In this document: in pieces, positions 1-8,140 of the stretch
Layout of the letters: the number at the start of each line of letters is the position of its first letter
Position numbering within the stretch: the stretch's first letter is position 1
IMG/VR virus record: IMGVR_UViG_2718218309_000002
DNA: 35,391 nucleotides
Strand: one strand, 5' to 3'
DNA from: a virus
Lineage: Duplodnaviria; Heunggongvirae; Uroviricota; Caudoviricetes
Notes under the pieces: model-generated
The model's database searches: none
What the model was told of the DNA's origin: nothing
The model's input: only the letters and a program-made list of their open reading frames with translations
Position numbers and translations under genes: made by a program

Positions 1-900
1 TTAACGCAATAATGGACAATCTGGTGGTAATCGACAACGCAACGCCGCCGGAAGTATTTCAATATGAAAGTTTTGTCCGCTCAACGGTTCGCCATCAAGA
101 TTAAAAGTGATTTCGTGTGGGGCTTGTATATCAAACCACGACGAAGCGCCTTCGATAATATTCGGGTTATCTTCGTCAGATTTTAAGGTTGATACGAGAG
201 CCGGAAGAATTTCATCGCCGGTAAAAATGCGCAGTTGCAGCAAGCCATCGTTAATTAACGCGTTCGGACACAATTGCTGACCGCCACCGGCCTGACGCCC
301 GTTACCAATACCAATGACCAGGGCGTCACCTTGCCAGTGAAAGTTTTCACCGCGGATTTCACAACGGTCCGGTTGCAGAGTATCCATGCGCATTAAGCCA
401 TGAATGATGTAAGAGACGCCACCCAGCGCGGCTTTTAATTTTTCCGGCGTTTCTGTGGTAATACGCGTCCCAAATCCGCCTGTCGCCATATTAATAAAAC
501 AGGTTTGTTTGTTGACCTGCGCCATATCTATCGCAATGGCGTTACCGGCAATTGCCAGTTTCAGCGCCTTATCCAGTGCCTCAGGAATCCCTACACTGGT
601 GGCAAAATCATTGGCGGTTCCTAATGGCAAAATTCCCAGCGCGGGTATGTCATCCCCCTCACACTGAATCAACGCCGTAGAAACTTCATTAATGGTGCCA
701 TCGCCACCACCGGCAATCACCGTTGCGACGCCCAACTTCCGGGCCTCCTCTACATATCGTGCGGCATCGCCTTTCTCCCAGGTGACCCGCACATGGATCG
801 TCATTCCTTCCTCACGCAACAGCATAATTGCTTCGCGCAAGGGTAGATTGTCAGTACTTTTGCCATTAAGAATCAGTAAGCTGGCGGGAAATTCTGCCAT
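1..900 (-). CDS. yegS: Lipid kinase YegS (host gene, complete, 299 aa)
   Basis: Translation begins [28 protein letters not shown] with the GGGDGT diacylglycerol-kinase-type motif, matching my recollection of E. coli YegS; ATG at 898..900, stop at 1..3. Confidence 0.93.
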   Translation of the reverse strand: MAEFPASLLILNGKSTDNLPLREAIMLLREEGMTIHVRVTWEKGDAARYVEEARKLGVATVIAGGGDGTINEVSTALIQCEGDDIPALGILPLGTANDFATSVGIPEALDKALKLAIAGNAIAIDMAQVNKQTCFINMATGGFGTRITTETPEKLKAALGGVSYIIHGLMRMDTLQPDRCEIRGENFHWQGDALVIGIGNGRQAGGGQQLCPNALINDGLLQLRIFTGDEILPALVSTLKSDEDNPNIIEGASSWFDIQAPHEITFNLDGEPLSGQNFHIEILPAALRCRLPPDCPLLR

Positions 901-1315
901 GATCGTATGTGCCTTTATGATTGGTCTGTAGATAGTGTAGAGCAGAAAACAAAAGGTGGAGTCAGAACAGGATGAAAGTCGGAGGATAAAAAGTCAGTTC
1001 AAGTATGGAGGATTCAGTGGTTACCACCAGGAGCTTGCAATGGGGACAGCGAATACTAACGGCTGCCACCGATAAATTTCAAAAAAGAGCATATGCCTAA
1101 TATTCAACCAAACAGTGGCATCTTAAATATACTATTCCAAATATATTAAAGCCCCCATGGAGTTACCCTGAAGGGCCTCAATGTCCGTAATTCCTACTTA
1201 TGTAGGAAATGTTGTACAGAACATTTATTATAATCCTATTCAATTATAATAATCATGCCATTATTATATTTAAACACTAGAGAGTGTCGTTGGTATTTAA
1301 TGGGGGAAGGTGAGA

Positions 1316-1632
1316 TGAAAAAGATAGCTGCTATATCATTAATTAGTATTTTTATTATGTCTGGTTGTGCTGTGCATAATGATGAGACAAGTATCGGTAA
1401 ATTTGGTCTTGCATATAAAAGTAATATTCAGCGTAAACTCGATAACCAATACTACACCGAAGCCGAAGCTTCTTTAGCCAGGGGCAGAATATCTGGTGCA
1501 GAAAATATAGTAAAAAATGATGCAGCCCATTTCTGTGTTACTCAGGGCAAAAAAATGCAGATAGTTGACCTGAAGACAGAAGGTGCAGGATTACATGGCG
1601 TCGCTCGTCTGACATTCAAATGTGGAGAGTGA
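1316..1632 (+). CDS. yegR: Putative lipoprotein YegR (host gene, 105 aa)
   Basis: ORF-track frame 1255..1632; internal ATG at 1316 preceded by GGAAGGTGAG; MKKIAAISLISIFIMSGC is a signal peptide with a lipobox; synteny with yegS. Confidence 0.8.
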
Positions 1633-1790
1633 GAATATTTTTTGGTAAGCGTCAAACATGCGCGTTCTGGTTGTGCTTAGCCGGAACCTGTGCGAGCACG
1701 ATGCCGTTACGTGAAAGGCATCGTGCTATGAAGGGAGATTCTATCGATGTGGTCAATGGAAGACGGTGACCAGGGATAGGGCTTATGCAT

Positions 1791-1817
1791 AAAAAATAAG
1801 CCCGTGTAAGGGAGATT
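1791..1817. repeat. attL: 27-bp P2-type att core AAAAAATAAGCCCGTGTAAGGGAGATT
   Basis: Exact 27-bp direct repeat of the sequence at 33859..33885; lies immediately upstream of int, as expected for a P2 prophage left junction. Confidence 0.85.
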
Positions 1818-1896
1818 TAGGGTGTCACCAGTAGGGGCTTTCAACGGTACAATGCGGGTTTGAGCGGCATAAATTACCACTGAAAGCCCTTACACG

Positions 1897-2910
1897 TTAC
1901 TCTACTGTGGACACTGTGTGGACACTCTCGGCCTCAGTACCACCTCTTAGCGGATTAAGAGAAATGGCGTCCTGAAGGTACTCTGGCGCAAAATGAGCGT
2001 AAACCATAGTTTGCTCAATCCGCGTGTGACCTAGTATCCGTTGTAGCGTGATAATACTTCCTCCATTAATCATGAAATGAGTGGCAAAGCTGTGCCTTAG
2101 TGCATGTGTGGCTTGCCCCATTGGCAAATCCGGTTTTATTGCTTTCATTGTTCGTCTGAAGCGAGGGTAATCAGCATCAGGGAATAAAAAACCTCGTTTG
2201 TTATCCGCGATCATTTTGGCAACAGCCTCTGAGATCGGGACGGTGCGTGGTTTGTTTGTTTTCGTTTTAACAAACGTGACGCGGTTATGGATGATATTTT
2301 CTGCTTTCAAACGAGCTGCTTCTCCCCAACGTGCTCCAGTACTCAGGCAAAGAATCGCAATCTTTTTGTTGTCGCCGTCAAGAGCAGCAAGCAGTAAGGC
2401 AATTTCTTCCTGCGTGAGATAGCCTGTGTCTGGTTTTTCCTCCTTAAGCCTTTTTGTCCCTCTGATAGGGTGCTCACCAAAGAATAACTCCGCTTCAATC
2501 AGGGCTGTAAACATGCCGCTAATACATGTTAAATCACGATTGATACTCGAAGGTTTAATACCCTGACTTCTTCGGGTGGCGCAGTACTGGCTGATAAGCG
2601 ATTTCGTAATTTGAAATGCGCATGGGTCATTCGTTATTTTTGTGAAGATTTCAATTTTTCCAAGATTAGATTTCCCATGCTCTTCGTGTTTACCCTTTAA
2701 ATCCCACCAGATCTGTGTCAGCTCCGACAGACGTCGCTTGTCTGTTGGTTTTGATAGCCATTCTTTATTGTGGTGGTTGTACAACGTGTATTTCTCGAAA
2801 GCGACAGCTTCGCTTTTCTTATCAAACTTCCTACGGATGCGTTTTCCATTACGTCCAGTAGGGCGGATGTCCACTTCATATCGACCATCATCGAGTTTTT
2901 TGATTGCCAT
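1897..2910 (-). CDS. int: Tyrosine integrase (P2 Int, 337 aa)
   Basis: 337-aa ORF next to attL; C-terminal HALRHSFATH...RILGHTRIEQTMVYAH carries the tyrosine recombinase R-H-R-Y signature; length and position match P2 Int. Confidence 0.96.
   Translation of the reverse strand: MAIKKLDDGRYEVDIRPTGRNGKRIRRKFDKKSEAVAFEKYTLYNHHNKEWLSKPTDKRRLSELTQIWWDLKGKHEEHGKSNLGKIEIFTKITNDPCAFQITKSLISQYCATRRSQGIKPSSINRDLTCISGMFTALIEAELFFGEHPIRGTKRLKEEKPDTGYLTQEEIALLLAALDGDNKKIAILCLSTGARWGEAARLKAENIIHNRVTFVKTKTNKPRTVPISEAVAKMIADNKRGFLFPDADYPRFRRTMKAIKPDLPMGQATHALRHSFATHFMINGGSIITLQRILGHTRIEQTMVYAHFAPEYLQDAISLNPLRGGTEAESVHTVSTVE
1906..1925. promoter_or_regulatory. Tandem TGTGGACAC direct repeats, putative Int arm-type binding sites (P' arm)
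   Basis: Two copies of TGTGGACAC at 1906..1914 and 1917..1925, 11 bp apart, just inside attL; a related TGTGGACGTGACC lies in the P arm near 33811. Confidence 0.4.
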
Positions 2911-3025
2911 CAGAAAACCCTCCGAGTGGTGTGTTTTTTTGCGACTACTAATCGCTTTTTTCGTGGTGGCTGAAATTTAGCCACCAATAGTAGGCACTTG
3001 TGATGAATATATTCACGATGAATTG

Positions 3026-3325
3026 TTAACCAGTCTTTTGACCGGAGTGGGGCGACGTTGTTTCGTTTTGCCCAAAGTGTGCGAGAGCGGGCGCAATTTG
3101 CCCGGACTCAGGAGCGATCTGATTGGTCATGAACCATAAAGTGTATTTGGTGAATTGTGGGGTCTGCAGGATGTTCATCATGACATCTGTTGGAGGTGTT
3201 GAACGACCACTTTCATAGTAACTCAGCGTGCCATACGGAACCCCTGTTAAATCAGCAAGTTGTTGTCTGCTCAAATACTCTGATTTTCGCATTAAGACTA
3301 TCTTCTCGCTTATCGTGTTTGACAT
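3026..3325 (-). CDS. C: Immunity repressor C (99 aa, HTH)
   Basis: 99-aa protein with HTH segment LSRQQLADLTGVPYGTLSYYESG; divergent from cox; matches P2 C in length and position. Confidence 0.93.
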   Translation of the reverse strand: MSNTISEKIVLMRKSEYLSRQQLADLTGVPYGTLSYYESGRSTPPTDVMMNILQTPQFTKYTLWFMTNQIAPESGQIAPALAHFGQNETTSPHSGQKTG

Positions 3326-3329
3326 GGTG

Positions 3330-3358
3330 TTTAGATCTCAATAGTATTTAGTTTAGAT
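3330..3358. promoter_or_regulatory. Putative C operator: TTTAGAT direct repeats 22 bp apart in the C/cox divergent promoter region
   Basis: TTTAGAT at 3330..3336 and 3352..3358, two helical turns apart, in the 114-bp C-cox intergenic region; P2 C is known to bind direct repeats. Confidence 0.4.
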
Positions 3359-3439
3359 GTAGATTGTTTAGTGCTTGGATGTGGGCACTAAAAGGCATTA
3401 TAAGACATTAAACGCAATTCATGAGGGCTAGAGGACGAC

Positions 3440-3715
3440 ATGAGCAAGCAAGTAACACTCATGACTGATGCGATTCCTTATCAGGAGTTCGCAAAACTAA
3501 TAGGAAAATCGACAGGAGCGGTTCGTCGGATGATCGATAAAGGAAAGCTGCCTGTAATTGATATGACCGATCCACAATCAGCTTCAGGTCGTGCAGGTGA
3601 ATATTGGGTGTACCTTCCGGCATGGAATAACGGACTAAAACTGGCTTATGAAAGCCGACCTAAAGAGATTCGTGACGGCTGGTTGATGTGGTTAGGTCTC
3701 GGTGAACCACGTTAA
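3440..3715 (+). CDS. cox: Excisionase / directionality factor Cox (91 aa)
   Basis: 91-aa ORF divergent from C, first gene of the early operon; length and position match P2 Cox. Confidence 0.93.
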   Translation: MSKQVTLMTDAIPYQEFAKLIGKSTGAVRRMIDKGKLPVIDMTDPQSASGRAGEYWVYLPAWNNGLKLAYESRPKEIRDGWLMWLGLGEPR

Positions 3716-3725
3716 GGAGAACCGT

Positions 3726-3896
3726 ATGAATGAGCCTCGTTGTATTGCTCAGTTACTGCGTAACGAAAGCCCCAGGGCGATTGACTTCACCATCACCCAC
3801 GGTAAGGGGCGTAAGGGAATCATTATCCGCACCAAAAAACAGAGTCCGTTAAAAAAGGCTCTGACCTTTCTGAAAAGCCGGAGGGTATGGAAATGA
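3726..3896 (+). CDS. Small early protein (P2 orf78-like, 56 aa)
   Basis: ATG at 3726 preceded by AAGGAGA; the ORF-track entry 3702..3896 starts at an upstream GTG that overlaps the cox stop. Confidence 0.55.
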   Translation: MNEPRCIAQLLRNESPRAIDFTITHGKGRKGIIIRTKKQSPLKKALTFLKSRRVWK

Positions 3897-4393
3897 CAGT
3901 GATGACGCTCAATCTCGTTGAAAAACAGCCAGCAGCTATGCGCCGGATAATTGGTAAGCATCTTGCCGTTCCTCGCTGGCAGGATACATGTGATTATTAT
4001 AATCAGATGATGGAGCGCGAACGGCTAACAGTTTGCTTTCATGCGCAGTTAAAACAGCGTCACGCAACGATGCGTTTTGAAGAAATGAACGACGTCGAAC
4101 GTGAACGACTGGTATGTGCAATTGATGAATTGCGTGGGGCATTCTCAAAACGTCGTCAGGTCGGTGCAAGTGAGTATGCATATATTAGTTTTTTAACAGT
4201 CAGTCAGCGTCGTACTTTATTTATGCATGCCGGATTGACTGAAAAAGAATTTAACCAGCCATACTGGCGAATTAATGAAGAGTCATGTTACTGGCGTGAT
4301 GCTTTATTCCGTGCATTACGTGAATTATTCAGCCTGTTTGAGTATGCACCGACAATTCTGACGTCGGTAAAACCAGAGCAATATCTGCATTAA
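3893..4393 (+). CDS. B: Replication protein B (helicase-loader-like, 166 aa)
   Basis: ORF-track frame 3887..4393; ATG at 3893 gives 166 aa (the P2 gpB length) with GGAGGG 8 nt upstream; ATG at 3887 is an alternative start. Confidence 0.88.
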   Translation: MTVMTLNLVEKQPAAMRRIIGKHLAVPRWQDTCDYYNQMMERERLTVCFHAQLKQRHATMRFEEMNDVERERLVCAIDELRGAFSKRRQVGASEYAYISFLTVSQRRTLFMHAGLTEKEFNQPYWRINEESCYWRDALFRALRELFSLFEYAPTILTSVKPEQYLH

Positions 4394-4456
4394 GTAATTA
4401 ACCAGAGTTTTTAACGCACTTAATCGTGCGGGGCTTCTTTTTGCCTGGAGAAAGTT

Positions 4457-4681
4457 ATGCATACAGTTTCTGAAAGTCAGTGCGGTAAATACGCATTACT
4501 GCTGCAACAGGCCAGAACCGAAGCACAGGCCGACGCTGCGACGCGCTTTTCTTCTCATCTTGATGCCATGATTCGCCACATCACAAAGGCGGAGTTATCC
4601 CGCGTGGAGATAGTCGAGCTGCTCAGTCAGGAGTCGGAAAAATTTCACAATATCGGATTGTCTCGCGGGGAGGTGCTTTGA
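4457..4681 (+). CDS. Hypothetical early protein (P2 orf80-like, 74 aa)
   Basis: ATG at 4457 with GGAG upstream; stop overlaps the next start (TGATG), typical operon coupling. Confidence 0.7.
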   Translation: MHTVSESQCGKYALLLQQARTEAQADAATRFSSHLDAMIRHITKAELSRVEIVELLSQESEKFHNIGLSRGEVL

Positions 4682-4983
4682 TGTCCTGTTCTCGTTCAGT
4701 TGTATTACTGAATAACGCCTTAAAAATCGCCGTTATGAAAAATGGCGATTTGTCTCTTATTCAACTTGGTCTTGATAAAGAAAAACGCGAAATAACTGAG
4801 TCTGTTATCGCGATTTATCAGAACGAATTAAACCTCCTGTCTGATGTGGTCAATTTGCTTGTTAAACGCGCTGTGTTTCACAAGCAAATCTCCTCCGTGG
4901 ATGAACTGACGAAATTAACGACAGAAATCGCCAGCTATTGCGCTGATGAATTTAAAAACCTTAACGACAAAAGGAACTGGTAA
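4681..4983 (+). CDS. Hypothetical early protein (P2 orf81-like, 100 aa)
   Basis: ATG at 4681 overlapping the upstream stop; same frame as ORF-track entry 4678..4983. Confidence 0.7.
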   Translation: MSCSRSVVLLNNALKIAVMKNGDLSLIQLGLDKEKREITESVIAIYQNELNLLSDVVNLLVKRAVFHKQISSVDELTKLTTEIASYCADEFKNLNDKRNW

Positions 4984-5207
4984 TGCCGGACAACGTAGAT
5001 TTTATTCAGGCACAACAGGCTGAATTACTGGAGCGCCAGATTAACGCGGCAAGGGTAAAACATTGCGGTGCTTCTGCGATGGTTTGCGAAGAGTGTGACG
5101 CGCCAATACCTGCTGCCCGTCGTGCGGCTTATCCGTCAGCCACGCGTTGTGTTTCCTGTCAGTCAGTTTTTGAAGCAAAAAACAAACATTACCGGAGAAC
5201 GGCATGA
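4983..5207 (+). CDS. TraR/DksA-type C4 zinc-finger protein (P2 orf82-like, 74 aa)
   Basis: CEECDAPIP...RCVSCQ gives a CxxC-(17)-CxxC zinc finger; start overlaps the upstream stop (TAATG). Confidence 0.8.
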   Translation: MPDNVDFIQAQQAELLERQINAARVKHCGASAMVCEECDAPIPAARRAAYPSATRCVSCQSVFEAKNKHYRRTA

Positions 5208-5479
5208 GTATTCGTATTGAAATTGGCGAACGTTATGTCGTTACCAGTGACAGCTTTCAGTTTATTCTCCACGAGAAAAAGAGAGCTGAAAGCGGTAAAA
5301 ACGCCGGTCAGGAATGGCTGGCGGTGGTTGGTTATTACCCGAAATTAAGCCAGCTCGTTTCCGGCCTGATGCATCACGATATTCTGACCGGAAGCGCAAA
5401 GTCTTTTGCTGATTTAAACGCGCAGGTTGAGCAACTCAGCAAGCGTTGTTCAGAGGCTTTTGGCTCATATGGCCGTTAA
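5204..5479 (+). CDS. Hypothetical early protein (P2 orf83-like, 91 aa)
   Basis: ATG at 5204 overlapping the orf82 stop (ATGA). Confidence 0.7.
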   Translation: MSIRIEIGERYVVTSDSFQFILHEKKRAESGKNAGQEWLAVVGYYPKLSQLVSGLMHHDILTGSAKSFADLNAQVEQLSKRCSEAFGSYGR

Positions 5480-7736
5480 AGCCTCCGGGCGTTTTGTCCC
5501 TCCGTCAGCATTTGCCGCAGGCACCGGTAAGACGTTTACCGGTGCTTATGCATGGAACGCGCCACGCGAGGCCGTCGGGCGCGAAAGACCCCTTACACGT
5601 GACGAGATGCGTCAGGTGCAAGGTGTTTTATCCACGATTAACCGCCTGCCTTACTTTTTGCGCTCGCTGTTTACTTCACGCTATGACTACATCCGGCGCA
5701 ATAAAAGCCCGGTGCACGGGTTTTATTTCCTCACATCCACTTTTCAGCGTCGTTTATGGCCGCGCATTGAGCGTGTGAATCAGCGCCATGAAATGAACAC
5801 CGACGCGTCGTTGCTGTTTCTGGCAGAGCGTGATCACTATGCGCGCCTGCCGGGAATGAATGACAAGGAGCTGAAAAAGTTTGCCGCCCGTATCTCATCG
5901 CAGCTTTTCATGATGTATGAGGAACTCAGCGATGCCTGGGTGGATGCGCATGGCGAAAAAGAATCACTGTTTACGGATGAGGCTCAGGATCACCTGTATG
6001 GTCATGTTGCTGGCGCTGCACGAGCTTTCAATATTTCCCCTCTCTACTGGAAAAAATACCGTAAAAGACAGATGACCACGAGGCAGGCATATTCTGCCAT
6101 TGCCCGTCTGTTTAACGATGAGTGGTGGACTCATCAGCTTAAAGGCCAGCGTATGCGCTGGCATGAAGCGTTACTGATAGCTGTCGGGGAGGTCAATAAA
6201 GACCGTTCTCCTTATGCCAGTAAACACGCCATTCGTGATGTGCGTGCGCGCCGCCAGGCAAATCTGGAATTTCTTAAATCGTGTGACCTTGAAAACAGGG
6301 AAACCGGCGAGCGCATCGACCTTATCAGTAAGGTGATGGGCAGTATTTCTAATCCTGAAATTCGCCGGATGGAGCTGATGAACACCATTGCCGGTATTGA
6401 GCGTTACGCCGCTGCAGAGGGTGATGTGGGGATGTTTATCACGCTGACCGCGCCGTCAAAGTATCACCCGACACGTCAGGTAGGAAAAGGCGAAAGTAAA
6501 ACCGTGCAGCTTAACCACGGCTGGAACGATGAGGCATTTAATCCAAAGGATGCGCAGCGTTATCTCTGCCGTATCTGGAGCCTGATGCGCACGGCATTCA
6601 AGGATAATGATTTACAGGTCTACGGTTTGCGTGTCGTCGAGCCACACCACGACGGAACGCCGCACTGGCATATGATGCTTTTTTGTAATTCACGCCAGCG
6701 TAACCAGATTATCGAAATCATGCGTCGCTATGCGCTCAAAGAGGATGGCGACGAAAGAGGAGCCGCGCGAAACCGTTTTCAGGCAAAACACCTTAACCGG
6801 GGCGGTGCTGCGGGATATATCGCGAAATACATTTCAAAAAACATCGACGGCTATGCACTGGATGGTCAGCTCGATAACGACACCGGCAGGCCGCTGAAAG
6901 ACACTGCAGCGGCTGTTACCGCATGGGCGTCAACGTGGCGCATCCCGCAATTTAAAACGGTTGGCCTACCGACAATGGGGGCTTACCGTGAACTACGCAA
7001 ATTGCCGCGCGGCGTCAGCATTGCTGATGAGTTTGACGAGCGCGTCGAGGCTGCACGCGCCGCCGCAGACAGTGGTGATTTTGCGTTGTATATCAGCGCG
7101 CAGGGTGGGGCAAATGTCCCGCGCGATTGTCAGACTGTCAGAGTCGCCCGTAGCCCGTCGGATGAAGTTAACGAGTACGAGGAAGAAGTCGAGAGAGTGG
7201 TCGGCATTTACGCGCCGCATCTCGGCGCGCGTCATATTCATATCACCAGAACGACGGACTGGCGCATTGTGCCGAAAGTTCCGGTCGTTGAGCCTTTGAC
7301 TTTAAAAAGCGGCATCGCCGCGCCTCGGAGTCCTGTCAATAACTGTGGAAGGCTCGCCCGAGGTATCGTTCCAGTTATGGCCCCTACGCCATCTGAGGAT
7401 GCCTCAGCGGTGTTAAATCTTGTTGATGATGGGGTTGTCGTATGGGGTGATCCTGAAGCCATGAGGGTGCTCAGGGATGTGCTAAAACATGACGTGCCGC
7501 AACCAAATCGACACCAGCGGAGCAGGGAACCACTAAAACAGCAGGAAATCGCGCTATCAGCCAGACTGACCAAAGCAGAGCGGGAGCAGATACCGCACAT
7601 CCGTTATGACTTAGCACAGCATAATATCACACCGAAACGTTGGGAACTTGAGGCGCTGGCGCGAGGGGCGACTGTCATTTATGATGGAAAAACATTTACA
7701 TATCAGGTTGTAAATGAATGGGAAAATGAATTTTAA
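5469..7736 (+). CDS. A: Rolling-circle replication initiator gpA (about 755 aa)
   Basis: ORF-track frame 5427..7736 starts at TTG; the first ATG at 5469 gives MAVKASGRF; an HUH-type motif PHHDGTPHWHMMLF and a tyrosine-rich region YIAKYISKN are present. Confidence 0.9.
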   Translation: MAVKASGRFVPPSAFAAGTGKTFTGAYAWNAPREAVGRERPLTRDEMRQVQGVLSTINRLPYFLRSLFTSRYDYIRRNKSPVHGFYFLTSTFQRRLWPRIERVNQRHEMNTDASLLFLAERDHYARLPGMNDKELKKFAARISSQLFMMYEELSDAWVDAHGEKESLFTDEAQDHLYGHVAGAARAFNISPLYWKKYRKRQMTTRQAYSAIARLFNDEWWTHQLKGQRMRWHEALLIAVGEVNKDRSPYASKHAIRDVRARRQANLEFLKSCDLENRETGERIDLISKVMGSISNPEIRRMELMNTIAGIERYAAAEGDVGMFITLTAPSKYHPTRQVGKGESKTVQLNHGWNDEAFNPKDAQRYLCRIWSLMRTAFKDNDLQVYGLRVVEPHHDGTPHWHMMLFCNSRQRNQIIEIMRRYALKEDGDERGAARNRFQAKHLNRGGAAGYIAKYISKNIDGYALDGQLDNDTGRPLKDTAAAVTAWASTWRIPQFKTVGLPTMGAYRELRKLPRGVSIADEFDERVEAARAAADSGDFALYISAQGGANVPRDCQTVRVARSPSDEVNEYEEEVERVVGIYAPHLGARHIHITRTTDWRIVPKVPVVEPLTLKSGIAAPRSPVNNCGRLARGIVPVMAPTPSEDASAVLNLVDDGVVVWGDPEAMRVLRDVLKHDVPQPNRHQRSREPLKQQEIALSARLTKAEREQIPHIRYDLAQHNITPKRWELEALARGATVIYDGKTFTYQVVNEWENEF

Positions 7737-7827
7737 TGATATTAAGATACTAGGAACTAAAGAGGTATATACCCGCGATAATTGAAGGTGCTTGATTTCG
7801 AAGATAATCAGGTTCATGTTAACAGCT

Positions 7828-7971
7828 ATGAATATTGAGTTGACCGTAGAACAAAAAATCGCCATCGAAGCATTGCAACGAAAAAGTCGTGATCTCCATA
7901 TCCGCGATCGGGTCTGCTGCGTATTGCTTTCTTCTGAAAGCTGGTCAATCACAATGATTGCACCATCCTAA
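7828..7971 (+). pseudogene. Possible remnant of an IS630-family transposase N-terminus (47 codons)
   Basis: ATG at 7828 encodes MNIELTVEQKIAIEALQRKSRDLHIRDRVCCVLLSSESWSITMIAPS then stop; the pattern resembles N-terminal HTH regions of IS630-type transposases as I recall them; no downstream catalytic region. Confidence 0.35.
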
Positions 7972-8110
7972 TATATCCATAAAACAACCGCTTTGTGACA
8001 CCTGAATGACTGGACTGGTAGTAAAAAAGTAAACTTGAAACTGGTATTGAGTTTTAAGTGCGCGGGTTTTCGGTAGGGAGGTGACACTCATTAAATTAAA
8101 AGTTTCTGGT

Positions 8111-8140
8111 AAGGGGGCGGGGCCCCCTTTATAGGTTTTT
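8111..8140. terminator. GC-rich palindrome plus T-run: putative bidirectional intrinsic terminator between the A operon and the cargo gene
   Basis: AAGGGGGC-GGG-GCCCCCTT (8-bp stem, 3-nt loop) followed by ATAGGTTTTTT on the plus strand; the minus-strand side is also AT-rich; sits where the two transcription units converge. Confidence 0.45.

Noticed and set aside
1791-1817. tRNA gene at the integration site
   Set aside because: No cloverleaf-compatible sequence seen around either att core; P2-type integration uses a 27-bp core, not a tRNA 3' end.
5427-5468. N-terminal extension of gpA from a TTG start
   Set aside because: The first ATG at 5469 gives the more plausible start; the extension overlaps orf83 by over 50 nt.
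7611-7952. 113-aa ORF on the minus strand
   Set aside because: Starts at a non-ATG codon, overlaps the 3' end of A and is antisense to the IS-like fragment; no ribosome-binding site; likely spurious.
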